From assembly GCA_977862235.1 (NCBI GenBank), contig OZ374557.1:682001-746000 (forward strand): a stretch of 64,000 bases of DNA. The letters run 5' to 3'. Of the stretch, positions 23,404 through 35,690 are shown in pieces. Source of the DNA: Dudresnaya verticillata (Eukaryota). A program made the translations under genes and the position numbers. Below the pieces are notes generated by a model, which made no database searches, was not told the DNA's origin, and saw only the letters and a list, made by a program, of their open reading frames with translations. Within the stretch, counting starts at the first letter, position 1. Every line of letters starts with the position of its first letter.

Positions 23404-25542
23404 GTGATGCCCCAGTACGATGGGGCGCAGATTGCGCCCCCTTCATCGATGCCGGTATACCCGTCGTTGCACGCCTTTGTCGGAAAGAGTCCGCGCGACC
23501 ATGCGCGCCTCTTTGGGAGGGCGCCGTGGTTCGACCCGGCCGCGTTGGGAAACGAAGCGCTGATTGCGCATTACGCCATCGGCGATATGTTGCCGGGGGA
23601 ACTCCCCTTCGCAGTCGTCTATTCGACGGAGTGGCGGACGCGTTGCGCGGTCCCGAAAGAGTGGGTGCATGCGCACCTGGGTCAGTCGCGGGCAGACGCG
23701 CACGCCCGCTTCGTCGTTGACGTGTATGGCCGCTTCGGCCGCTTCCCGGGGACCGACTTGGTCCGGTTGTCGCTGGGGTTGGATGCGGCGTTTTTCCGCA
23801 CACACGGCGAGGCCGGTTATGGCTATCGTCTGGCAGAACTGCCATTGACACATATCACTCCGTCGTTGGACACTCGCGTCAGAGACGATGTCTTGGTGAT
23901 GGGTGTGCGCTTGCGAGCGGAGTTTCGGTATTCCCACCGAGCGGGCACCTTCTACTGGGAGAGGTGCATTCGCTGGGAGTGCGAGTCCCGGCGCCGCAAG
24001 GGCGTGCTGGTGCCGTATCAGGATACGCAGATTGACCGCTTAGAGCGTACGAAAGTGTCGAACTGTTTCGTCAAGTTACCGCCACTGTGGCGTGAGATGG
24101 AAGTGTGCGAGAGCTTCGCTGCCGAGTTACCCCCGTGCGTCACTTACGTGGGCTCGGAGCTCGTAGTGAACGCGTATTCGCGGTGGTGGTTCGTCTTTCA
24201 GACGGAGTGGGTTGCCAACATCGCTTATGCGTGGTTGTGGGAGGTGTACGATACCTTTCGGATGTACTACCTCTCACCACGTATCGTAGCGTTTTTCAAC
24301 GATTTGGACCTCACCGAGACGCTCGGCGGTCAGCGGAACCTCCGCGAGTTCTGGGACTTACGCCAAGTGGCGAGCGAGATCGACTGGGATAACCCCGTGG
24401 TCGACCCTCTGGAAAACAGCCGCCGGAAGGCGCGTCGTCCGCGTTTCGCGATGAGCCGCAACCACCACGCCTGTGGCGACTGGACTTGGTACAATCCTTG
24501 GACCAAACGTCGAACGACGGAAAGCATCGCTGAACGTCATCGACGTACTGACCGGTTTGTACCGTCGGGCCATCCTCGTGGGCTACTGCCCTCGTGCGAC
24601 TTTGTCGGAGATTTCCCTCCCCACTTGGCCGTGTTAACAGCCGAGGAGGACGCCTTTCACGCTTCCAGCGCCGGGGTGCACACGTCTGGGACGGGCTTCG
24701 CGACGCCTATGGCGGTTGAGCCGTCAGCTTCTGCTGTAGAATCGCCTGTGGCGTCGGATGTAGCAACTGCGGCTGGGCAGTCCCATACGCCAGTGGCGGT
24801 TGCTCCCAACGAGGGGAACGCAGCCGTCGCTGACGATGATGGTGACGCTGTCATGTCTGCCCCGGTGCAAACACCCGCGGTCGTGGCAGTGGCGTCGCCA
24901 TCAGTCCCAAGCGTCCAAGACGGTGTTGCAGTATCTCCGGCTGTGCCGACTTGGAACTCCGCACAGCGCGATGTGGTCCTTTCGCTCCTGTGGGCCGCAG
25001 GCGTCGAGCCTAGCGACCCGAGCGGCTCGCCCTCGGATTGGTGGGCTCGCGTCTTAGCGACGGTTCCAACTTCGGTGGCGGCGCCTGTGCGGGGGTCAGA
25101 TGCTCTGCCGGTTACGGCGCCTAATGGCGGGAGCGCGGTGGGCTCTTCGTCTACGATGATGCCTTCCAGTGGCGAAACGCCTACGGCGAGCAAGGTTGTC
25201 CCAACGTCATCGACGGGGAAAATCCCCGATGCGCCTAAGGCGATCATTTCGGAACCTGCTCCGAAGGCGGTTAGCATCCCGAGGACGCCTCGGGCGAAGG
25301 ACAAGGATGGCCTGTTGATGCCTAAGGAGATTTCATTGTGCTCGACGCCTGTGGCGGAAGAGGCTTCGCGGTCGCCGAAGCCGGCGGCCGCGACAGTCGT
25401 TCCCACGCCCAAGGCGGCTAACAAATCCGATGCTTCGCCCAAGGCGCAAGTGGATACCACAGCCAAAGGCGACGACGGTGGCCAGCGCCTCGCGGCCCGC
25501 GGCCACGCCGCCTTGTCCAGCTCCTACGTCGCCGACGGATGA
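23404..25542 (+). CDS. Antisense accessory ORF of element B (unknown family, copy 2; open for 712 codons, ATG at 23407)
   Basis: W/Y/F/R-rich N-terminal ~400 aa that aligns closely with 56064-57500, followed by an S/T/P/A-rich tail. It may extend to 25633 via a late indel. Confidence 0.85.
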   Translation: MMPQYDGAQIAPPSSMPVYPSLHAFVGKSPRDHARLFGRAPWFDPAALGNEALIAHYAIGDMLPGELPFAVVYSTEWRTRCAVPKEWVHAHLGQSRADAHARFVVDVYGRFGRFPGTDLVRLSLGLDAAFFRTHGEAGYGYRLAELPLTHITPSLDTRVRDDVLVMGVRLRAEFRYSHRAGTFYWERCIRWECESRRRKGVLVPYQDTQIDRLERTKVSNCFVKLPPLWREMEVCESFAAELPPCVTYVGSELVVNAYSRWWFVFQTEWVANIAYAWLWEVYDTFRMYYLSPRIVAFFNDLDLTETLGGQRNLREFWDLRQVASEIDWDNPVVDPLENSRRKARRPRFAMSRNHHACGDWTWYNPWTKRRTTESIAERHRRTDRFVPSGHPRGLLPSCDFVGDFPPHLAVLTAEEDAFHASSAGVHTSGTGFATPMAVEPSASAVESPVASDVATAAGQSHTPVAVAPNEGNAAVADDDGDAVMSAPVQTPAVVAVASPSVPSVQDGVAVSPAVPTWNSAQRDVVLSLLWAAGVEPSDPSGSPSDWWARVLATVPTSVAAPVRGSDALPVTAPNGGSAVGSSSTMMPSSGETPTASKVVPTSSTGKIPDAPKAIISEPAPKAVSIPRTPRAKDKDGLLMPKEISLCSTPVAEEASRSPKPAAATVVPTPKAANKSDASPKAQVDTTAKGDDGGQRLAARGHAALSSSYVADG

Positions 25543-26901
25543 TGATGGCTATGAGGCGGCTCTTCGCGAGTCCGCCGAAGGCGATGAGGCGGAAAGCCCT
25601 GGTACGCCGAAGGCGGCTGAAGGTAGCGGTTGATTTCTCGTCTGCGACGGTTTGGCGGGCGCGAGAGTGCGTTTCATGAGCTTGGTCGCTCCTTGCGGGG
25701 CGACCCAAGCGGGGAAAGTAAGCGTCTAGCGACGATGACGGCGACGTTAACGTAGCCACATAGTTAGCCTAAGTAATCGAAGCGATGTTATCGAACGCAT
25801 ATGCGTATTAAACATCTTCGTTACTTTCGCGTGTTACCTTGCTGATCCCTCGTCGTTGTGAGCCCTGTGCCGTAACCCGCGTCCGCCGTCGGGCGCCCAT
25901 TTGAGCGTTTGAGACGTTGAGGGCATGTCGCGCGTGCATCGTATTCCTTGCATCGTTCATCCTTGACGTACTCCGGCCGAGGGGGTGGTCCACGTATGTT
26001 ATCGTCGTAAACCGCCATCGTCGTTGTTGTTTGGAGTTCCTGCGACTCGTCTTTGACGTTAGGGGCAACGCGCATAATCGGCCTCTCTAATTGCCCTTGG
26101 CGTCTTGTCGTGAAACTTGGGCACGGGGCCGGCTCGTCGTTGATGGGAAGAGTTAACCGCTCGTCTTGGACGTGGTGAGTGGAGGTGGCGTGCGTTGTGA
26201 AAACGCCGTCACGCGTCGCCTTGCGTGGCGCCGGCGGTTAGTCGCCGACGGCGTTTTCCCCAGCCATCTTCGTCTTGACTCGTCCTCGACGCTGTTACGA
26301 CGAGTTTGCTACGGCCCCGGCGCGGAGTCGTCGCTCGTTCTTCCTAGGGTGCGGCCGTCTCCCTCCTCGCTGCGGGTGCGACGCGTCGTGTACGGACGGC
26401 GTAACCGCCATTATTCTCGTCTGCGACGCTCTCGCGCCAGAGTCTCGCGTCCTTACGTTACCCTTTTCTGCGTAATCATTACGTCTCTTTCTTCTTCCTT
26501 GGCGCCTGCGGCGTGCGGTATATCGTACCCCTTGTAAACGGCGGCGCATTTCTGCGAAGTCGGAGTGTGGTGGCGGCCGACGTGGGTCACGTAGCTTGCC
26601 GTTCGGGACGGCTAGCTTCGCGTCCTCGCGAGTAGTGGTAGCGGGACTTCCCTTCGACCGTTCGGAGCGACACTTGGCCATTCGCGAGGCGTCCGTGGCG
26701 AATAATTATTTTTGTTATTTTTGTTTTTTCTTCCATGCGCTGTCACCCGGAGCCAACGTCTGGCACTTTTGTGGTGCCAGCGCTTCGGCTCATCTCGGCT
26801 GACAGTCCCGTTGTGGGGTGTGCGTATGAGGATCCGTCCTGAGCGTGCTTCCGCCTTTGGCGTTCCAGGACGCCAGTCCGTTCGTGATCGGTCGGGGCGT
26901 A

Positions 26902-29900
26902 TTACCCTAAACGAGCGTCGTCGATATTCAGTGGAGGATCCGTTCGCTTTTGGCGGTGGTACCGCACGATATGCGAACGGGGTAGGTTCGACACCGGTTC
27001 CCACGTGTTCGCTGTGGCGGCGTATCCGAACCATTTCACGAAGTAGAGGTTCTCTCCGTCATCTGCGAACGCGTGCTTCTCGATCCGATCGATGAAGTAC
27101 TCGCCTTCGCTGTCAGCGACTGGTTGCTTACGTTTCGCTTTGGGCGGGTCCTTCGGCTGCCTTGGTCCTTCGCCGTGGGCGTCCAACGATCCTGTGAAGC
27201 GTACTCGACGCGAAGATCGCCGTGGGCGGGTAGCGTCCCGTATAGCCGAACGTACGCCTTCGGCGGGAGATGCGCTTGCGTCTGGCGTTTGCGCTCCTGA
27301 CATGGTCGGGGTTTGACCTTCGCCCCTTAGCGTAGCCTTGGTTACGTCGGTGGCGCTCCTAGTCGGGCCGGCCGGCGGCGTTGCCGGGATATGCCTGGCG
27401 ACGCCGAGTCGGGTGCGGACGCCTTGCGGTTGGTCGTCGTCTGAGACGGACTGCGATGACTCACTACCGGGCCCGGCCGCGAACGGAGCCCACTCGGCCA
27501 AACCGCGGACGGAAGCCTGTGGCGAACGGTCGCCACGCATCTGTTGATCACTCCCACCCGGGGGTGTCGCTGTAGCGGCGTTCGTCTCGTCGAGGACGAC
27601 TCCTTGGTTTGGTGGCGTCCCATTAGACGGCGGACCCGCAGTCGTGGGGGTGTTGATTGCGACGTGACCCGGAGGGGTCGGCGTCCAAACCACGCGGTCC
27701 CTTGACAGGCGTTCGAGTTCGTTACGTCCTTTGTCGACGGTAATCGTAACGTCTTCGACGCTGATCACTCGGTAGAGCCCATCCGCCACTGGCGCCAACT
27801 TGTGCTTGCGCTCCGCTTGATCCCTCGAGCTGCCTCTGGCGAAATACGCCTTGCGTACAAATACGAAGTTTCCTGCGACAATTTTCTCGGCACATTTCCG
27901 TAGTCGGGCCTCGAAATTTCGCTTATAGCGGGCTTGCGTTTGCACCAAGGTCGCTGTCGCGGTGCTCATCAATGCGGTCAGCCATGCCCTCCACTTCGTG
28001 TAGTATTGGCCACCGGTGGAGACTCTTTCCAGCGACGGCTCCGCTTGGAGCAACAGCGGGAGTGGTGGCCGAGAGTACCAACTCGAACGGCGATAACTGT
28101 GTGGACGAGTGAATCTGCGTGTTGTAACCAAAATGCAAAGCGTCTGTGAATATATCCCAATCGCGAGGGTGGTCCGCCACTTAATGACGCAATGATTTGA
28201 GTATCGTCCGGTTAAACCGTTCTACCTGTCCGTTACACTGCGGGTGATACGTCGTGGTGAAGAGATTCTCGACACCCAGTAGACGACAGACGTCCTGGGA
28301 TAGTTTGGCGACAAACTGCGGCCCATTATCTGACAGTACGCGCTTGGGCGGGCCATACACGAATACCCAATGTCGAACTAACACTTTTGCGATTTCTAAA
28401 GCCGTAACTGTACGCAAAGGTAACGTCCTGACCAGCTTCGAAAAGCGGTCGACGATTACAAGGAGGAACTTGTTTCCCCGTTTCGTGCGTATGAGTTCTC
28501 CAAGTATATCGATACAAACGAACTCTAGCGGCTCGGTAGCCGGGAACAGCTTCATCTCCTTCACGTTCTTTCGTAGCGAGACGCGGTTCTTCGCGCAAGT
28601 AACGCAGTTGCGAACAGTTGCGTAACAATCTACCGTCATGGACGGCCAATAGAATTCGCGTCGGAGTTTCTGATACAACTTCCTTCCTCCGGGATGTGCC
28701 GCTAACTTAGCGTAATGCCTGAGGTGTAGGAGGCGTGCGCGTAACGCGAATGGCACAACGGTTTGTGGCCGGGCCTCTACGGTTCGTATGAGTCGTCCTT
28801 GCTCGTCCATCGCGAACGGTATCGACTCTCCGTCATCGAGACGCTTCCGAATTTCAGTACAGTACTCGTCGTTGACCTGAGCGTGGATCAGCTCTTAGTA
28901 CGTTACCTGAAGTAAGAGCGCCTCGTCCGATGAAGGCGTGTTTGCGACGAGTAGCCGGTCGAAATCTTCGAAGTCTCTTTCTAAAAAGTCGACTTCGCCG
29001 TCGGCGCCAGTCGCACCGTCGGTTGACTCCTGATGTTCGTCCTCGACGTGTCCCCCATGGTAACACGGAACATCGTCGTCGATCCGTTCAACCGCCTCGT
29101 CATTCGTCTGTAGACGTGAAAGTGCGTCAGCCTGAGTATTCAGGTAACCCTTCTTGTACTTAACGACGAAGTCGAATTCCGACAGACGCAATCGCCATCT
29201 CATCAAACGTCCTGAGGGGTCACTGATTTCCATCAGCCACCTCAGCGACGAGTGGTCCGTGTGTACGGTGAACGACTCCATCTGGAGATACGGACGCAAC
29301 GTTGTAACGGACCACACTACTGCCAGGCATTCCTTCTCTGAGACGGAATAATTACGCTCTGGAGCGGTGAGTGAACGCGACCAGAAACCGAGCGGCTTCC
29401 GCTCCCCACTGGGCTGTGTCTGGAAGAGAGCGCACCCGACTTGATAGTCGCTGGCGTCACAATCGACGGAGTATTGTAAGCCTGGCTGCGGTAGCGCCAA
29501 TACCGGCGGACTGGTTACGGCCTTGACGAGAGTGTCGAACGCGGCCGCTTGTACTTCGTCAAATGACGGTAGTGTGAACTCTTGCTCCTTTCGGAACAAC
29601 TTATTGAGGGGCGCCGCGACATACGCGTAACGCGATCTCGAATCGTCTATAGACGTTACACAACCCGAGGAAGCTGCGTAGCTCCTTCTGGTCTCGCGGG
29701 TGCTTGGCTTTGCGCAAGGCGGCGGTAACCGTTCGGTCGACTTCCAATCGTCCTGGACGTATCACGTGCCCCAGGTAATTGACAGTCGGGGTGAAGAAGT
29801 CGCACTTGGCCAACTTCAGGGTCACCCCGGCCCGGTGGAGAGTTGAAAGAATCTCGTCAACGTGACGGAAGTGCGTGTCAACGTCCTTGGAAAAGATAAT

Positions 29901-31600
29901 AACGTCGTCCAAATAGACGAGGCACGAACGCCACTTATACCCGGCGAGTAATATGTCGAGAGTTCGTTGGAATGTGGTCGGGGCATTAGTCAATCCGAAA
30001 GGCATACGCTTATAGCGGAAGAGACCGGCGTAGCACTTGAAGGCTGTCTTGTCGCGGTCCCGCGGAGCAATTGGCACTTTCCAGTACCCGCTATTGCAGT
30101 CTAGGGTGGTGAAGACGTTGGCATCCCCTAGACCGTCGATGCACTCGTCAATCCGTGGTAACGGGTACGTACCCCGCACGGTTACTGCGTTTAGTCGACG
30201 ATAATCAACGCAAAAGCGAAGAGTACCGTCCTTCTTCGGGGCGAAGACGACTGGCAACGCCCAAGGCGATTGTGCGGGTTTGATAACCCCTTGACGCAAC
30301 ATGCGATCGACCTCCGCTTGAGCGAGCTGTCGTTGTTTCGGGCCGGTGCGATACGGTGGTGAAGAGATCGGGCGGGAGCCGGGGAGTAAGTCGATGTAAT
30401 GCTCCGTGGTCGCTATTTCTCCAAGTGAGCCGTCCCACATTGACGAATAGCGGCGCAGCATCTCCTTCAACCGGCCTTGATGCTCAGCGGACAGGTGACT
30501 CAAGTCCAAATCGTCAACTGACGGAGGCTTGGCGAGCGTCGCTTCGATAGATTTAGCGAAAGTGCCCGGCTTTGCCGCGACGCCATCGTTCGTTTTAAAA
30601 CGAAAATCTTGCTTGGCTTCCTCGTCCTGCGCTTGGCCTTCGGCGATACCCAATACATCGGCCAGACTTATGTGACTGGGGAACACTGCTGTTGGATGTG
30701 GTAACGCCAAGGCCACGACCTGCCCTTTCCCGAGCGATTGCGCCCGAGGCGAGAAGTTGGCGACCAGGATGCGGAACGCTTTGAGCGGCTCCACCTGGGC
30801 AATCCCGTTCGTAACGAGCATGCCTTGCCGATCATACATCGTTCCGAACGGCTGGATCGTTATCACTCCGGAACGTTCCGTGGTAACAGAGACCCACTTC
30901 TGCGCCTGATACGGGATGATGGTACGTTCGGTTGAACGAATCTTGGGCGAAGTCCTCCCTCCGGCTTGGCCGTACTCTTGCTACGGTGATAACGGCGGGT
31001 ACGACGGCGGCCGACGAAGCGGGCGGCGTGTGATCGGGACTCGGGTCCCGTCGTCAAATTCAACCTCGCGACTTCGCGGATATATTGCTTCGACAAAGCG
31101 GTCGCAAAAGTCGCAACCGAGTGTGACCGGCGCAGCGAGCCGTTCACATACGATTAATTCCAATTTAACGACCCGTCGTCCGAGACGTACGACCAAGTCA
31201 ATGGTTCCGCGCGTCTGTATTGCCTTATTGTTGGCGTCGGAAATAACGGGCAGGCTCTTAGCGACAATATGCGAACGCGCTTCTAGCAGGATCTCGTTAA
31301 TACGGATGAAGTTAGGACCAGCCCCGGTGTCGATGACAGTAAGTTTACGGGCCAAGGTATTGGTGGTGGTGCCAAGGTCGGCGTACACCTTATAATTTTG
31401 CTTGGCCATTACGAACAACTGTCCTCGCCCCTTCGGGGGCTGGTACCTGCGCCATGGGCGTTTCAGTGACGTCAGCGACGGTTCTATTCGCCCTTGGGCG
31501 TCTTCCTTAAGTGGCTTCGGGCCCTCCTTCCGTGTCAACACCCGAGACGGGGGCCTCTCGTTTGGTTGTGACACCCCAGTGTCAGGAGTCGGTGCCCGGA
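26902..31600 (-). pseudogene. Element B pol (PR-RT-RH-IN-chromodomain), several frameshifts
   Basis: IDTGAGPN; RFCVDYRRLN and YLDD; YSVSEKECLAVVW; YHPQCNGQVERFN; YFVKWFGYAATANTWEP. Confidence 0.97.
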
Positions 31601-34149
31601 TTAGTTTTTTGCCTCCGGCGGTGGTTGCGCTATGTACCGGTTTAGCATCGTCGGATGGCGTTCGGCTGCACGCGGTGCAAGTCCCGCCCTTGGCGATGAC
31701 GAACGCGCGGCGCGACGAGCTGTTTCCTTGGTGGCTTGTTCCTTACAACGGTCGTACGCATCAGCGGGTACTCCGTTCCTCTCAGTCTCCGTCAGGCCCT
31801 CGTATTTGGCGACGACCTTCATAAAGTCACTCATTCGTAAGAAGCATTCCGGTGCAATGTGGCCACGCGCATAGCACTGATGGCAAATAAGTTGTCGCCG
31901 TAAGTCTTGACGAGGAGGCCCTCGGTCCTGCCATCCGGGCCTTGCGCGGTGAACATGCGGGGCATATTCTGAATATGTTACGCTACATTCGAGCGCCCAA
32001 AGGCGAGAGCGGGATCCATTTCTTCTTCGTCTTCGACGTAACTGTCTGTCGGTAATGCCAAAGTTGGTATCGAGAGTTGTTCGTGGACTAGGTACAAGTC
32101 GCCATCGGCGTGCGTTTCGACATCATCGTCGCGGTGGCTAACGTCTCGGAATTCGACGGACGACTCCGCCAGCATGGCGCGTGCCGCTGGCTTCGGGCTC
32201 TTCGTCGGTTGACGGTTGACCGCGACAGCGGGTCGTACGTTGCAAGCGACTTGTGCCGGCACCAATATATCCTGTCGACCCGAAGCCTGTCCGGCCCTGC
32301 TGTGTCGCGCGCGATGCGCGTCGCCTTCGTCTTGTGCGAAGTGCACCAATCGTTCGAACGATAACCCCGCCCTTGGCGTCTCTTCGCGGAAGCGGGCAAC
32401 CAGCGATCGTATCGAGGGGTCGAGTCCGTCAATGAATAGGGTCATTTTCTCCCAGTCGGGATCTACGTTGCCGCAACGGATACACGCTCCAGCGAGTCGC
32501 ATGCCGTAGGCAGTTTCATCTTCGGACCGCTTCTGTGCTGTCGAACGTAACGCCAGTACGGCGGATCGAATCGCGGAAGGCGTTGCGTACGTCCGGAGGA
32601 GGTATTGTACCGCCTCCGGGTATGAAGAGACCCTGCCTCGATGGCGTGTTGACGTCGACTTGACGGATCGGAACTGCGTTGACGCCATACCTCGTAAGAA
32701 GTATGGCAGCGCTACGAACGCTTGAGCTTCGCTCATTTCTAGCGTATCGGCTTCATCCGCGAAACGCGTAAGGAACTCGAGGATTAGGACCGGGTCGTCG
32801 CCCGTGAAGGCGGCGTCCTTCATCGTCAACTCTAGATGTTTGATGTGGTCCTTGACCTTCCCTGTTTCACGTCCGGAACGTTTTTGCCCGACGTCTGTTA
32901 GACGGTAAGTACGATACGACAAGAGTCGATCGAATAAGGGGTTGGAGGGGCGTAGCTCTTTCAATCCCTTGAACCGTTTGCCGCGTGGCCTTACGGCCCC
33001 GCCGTGGGTTGGATACTCTTCGTCATCCGTTGAAGTACCTGACGATTCTCCGTCACTCGACGAGTCGGAGGAAGATGAGGAATCTCCGTGACGTCGTCGA
33101 CGGTTCGTCTTTCGCTAGTGGCGTTTCTTTCGTTGGTCGCGATGCTTGCGGCCTTTTCGGCGGCGACGATCTTCGTCGTCGCTCCCGTCCTCAGACGATG
33201 GTGGTTGTCTTTGACGCAACTTAGCTAATTCCAATCGTTCCAAACGAGTCTCCAGGCGATTAAAACGCTCGTGCGAACTCAGTTCGGACTGCGAGTTGAT
33301 CGTTATTGTAGCGGGTTGCTTGGTGTTGGTACCCGGGTTCGTCATCAGACGGTCAAGGTCATTTCGTAACCCCTGTAGGGCTCCGTCTCGGCCCTCCTCT
33401 AGCGTCTGTAGACGGCTGCAGATTCCCCCGACACTGTTGTCGAGCATTTCCGCAAATCGCGCTAACAACGCATCGTCCTCAATGACGCAAGCTTCTCGGA
33501 TGCGGTCGCGGGGAATCGTGAGATTACCCACGCCAGCGGACGCAGGAGATGCTGCGGGCGAAGGTCGTGTTGGGCTTTGTCTCGCCGGGCTTCGCTGCAC
33601 TGGTGACGACTCTGCGTTGCCACGTTGACCAGACGGCTCTGCCGGAGAACATTCGGCACTGCGGTGAGGCGTGGGACAACAGTCCCTCGCAGGTCGGGAA
33701 TCGTCGACGACGTCCAAAGGCGCTAAAAGGCTTCCATCGTCCTCAACGTTTCCGGTTGGTAGTTGTTGTTGTGGCTGTGAAGCCGGGGTTGGTTGTTGTT
33801 GTTCCTCGGCAAGGCCGGCTTGTGTTCCGTCTACGACGCGTTGCTGCTCCGCCTGGACGGTGTCGGCGGAGTCAACTTAAGTGTGGTAGGTATGGAGGGC
33901 GGAGCCTTCCGGGACTGAAGTACGAACGACGATCGGATTCGGCGGGGGAGCAGGTTCTCCCCTGTTGAGCGAAGCGTGTGACACGTCATGGTCCGGCGGT
34001 GCCGTAAAGGCTGAGGCAATCTCCGGGCTGACGTGACGACCAGATCGCATCGTCATGGGTTGGGCCGGTCCCGACGGTGGCATAGTGCCGGGCGTCGAAG
34101 ACGGGCGTCGGGAGGATCCACGCGGTAACGGTGGTCGCGGTGGACCCAT
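31601..34149 (-). pseudogene. Element B gag, disrupted
   Basis: LLSYRTYRL..FTGDDPVLILEFL core (31978-32964), CCHC knuckle CHQCYARGHIAPEC (~31845-31890), and the end PPPEAKN*. Confidence 0.88.
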
Positions 34150-34254
34150 GATTGTTTCGAAGAGGTAGGCGAACGTCGTGAACGATGGACAGAACGTCAG
34201 GGTGACGGTTAAGCGATCGTCTCACAGACGTTAAAGTTCGTAGAAACGTAGCAG

Positions 34255-34273
34255 CTTCTAGGTCGGGAGACCA
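34255..34273 (-). promoter_or_regulatory. Primer-binding site of element B (TGGTCTCCCGACC)
   Basis: TGG-initiated sequence 2 nt inside the 5' LTR; the same 19-mer follows the 5' LTR of element C. Confidence 0.8.
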
Positions 34274-34275
34274 GT

Positions 34276-35102
34276 TGTCGTGCAAACGTCGTGCTGAAGA
34301 CGGAGAACACCTCCGGGCCGTTCGGGAGCCCGGTGGGTAGCCGCTAATAGCGAACTTGGTAGAGCAGGTTGAACACGCCTAGGGCGGACTGTAAACACCC
34401 AGGGCGAGCGGGCAAAGGGGAAAAGAAACCCAAAAGGAAACACGTTAGCAACGGTTAGGAACGTGGAAACACGGATAGGTAGACGCTTATGCTTCCGGGC
34501 AGCGGCAGGGTGCGCGCTTTCGCGGAAGGGAAGTCTAGACCCAAACCGGCTTGCCGGGGCTTTACTGTTACGTCCTGGACGAGGTACCTAAGTAATACTA
34601 CGGAGCCGCGGCGCGGCGGCTGCATGACGTAGTGCGCGGGAACCCGGGACGCGTGTCGCGTGGAGGTGCGTCTGACACGTCCCGGGACAATGCAGCCGCT
34701 GTGCGCCGGCGCGTGCGTCTTACAGAGTTGCGCTGGTCCGGTGCTGTAGGCGATCCGGATTCGGATCGCGATTGGCACCGTATTACAGGTGTGTTTCCCT
34801 TACCGCGGATCCCGATGTTCGATCTGGATGTCGGATCCGGATTCGATCAGGATCCGGGCCAATCTGACGGTCAACTCCCTTACACCTCGTTAATCCCGAT
34901 GCCTCATCCAGATCCGCTCTGCAGCGTCGCGCCGTACAGTGCGTCGGGCGTTCGCGGCGCTGGGTTGTGGCACCCGCGCGTCCGTAGCCGATCGTCGATG
35001 AAGTGTTCGCGCCAACGGCGAATGAGCCGTTCCAGGTGACCGTCCGTCGGTCGACGAGGTTCTCGGCCCCCATGGCGAGGAAATAAAAGCCCGTGCGCCA
35101 CA
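34276..35102 (-). repeat. Element B 5' LTR
   Basis: Direct repeat of 22228-23060. Confidence 0.97.
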
Positions 35103-35107
35103 ACGTT

Positions 35108-35599
35108 CACTGGGGTTTGGTTATGGTAGAGGCCAATTTAGGTGTTCCCACAAACCAAGCCACGTCTTTCACCTCAGGGAAAGGCGTTGTGAATTGGGGC
35201 GATAGCTATGGAGCTGTTCCACGAAATGGCGTTGCGTTTAATGTCCTTCAAGTGGTGATCAAGTGTCTGAGGATATGCTTTCCGTGTGTTGTTTACGATT
35301 GCAGTCCGCATAATTGGATGACTCACAAGCATCTGTGGCATCGAATGAATTTTGGGCTCCAAAAGGACGGATACAGTTGCGGTTTCTACGTCATTGCAGC
35401 CATACTGGTTTTTTGCCCTGTCGACAAGAGAGGAGAGTTTCGTTTCATCGAAGATCTACCCTATGTGCTGTTCTACAACCGCTCGGCCACCTTTGATTTA
35501 AAAATGCGTGTCTGCGCGTATTGTACAGACATACACGTACTATACTGTTACGGCTCTCTTCAGACCGTCGTTCAGTCAAGAAAGACTTTGACCGCATGA
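35108..35599 (+). pseudogene. Ulp1/peptidase C48-like protease of the MULE, 3' part
   Basis: HWGLVMVE (catalytic His), WGDS (Asp) and LQKDGYSCGFYV (Gln, Cys). In frame with the 5' part once element B and one TSD copy are removed. Confidence 0.85.
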
Positions 35600-35690
35600 T
35601 AGGAGTCAAATTATGGAATTATCCAAACCAAAACACTGTGGAATCGCTTTCCCGTTCCATTCTAATTCGAGATACTGAATCGGATAAGCT

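Larger units (their letters stand above)
22228..35102 (-). mobile_element. Full-length Gypsy chromovirus element B (12.9 kb)
   Basis: Two TG..CA LTRs, TSD ACGTT on both sides, PBS, PPT, gag, pol with chromodomain, and an antisense ORF. Confidence 0.97.

Noticed and set aside
23404..25542. env-like gene interpretation of the extra ORF
   Set aside because: It is antisense to pol, with no evident signal peptide or C-terminal transmembrane anchor.
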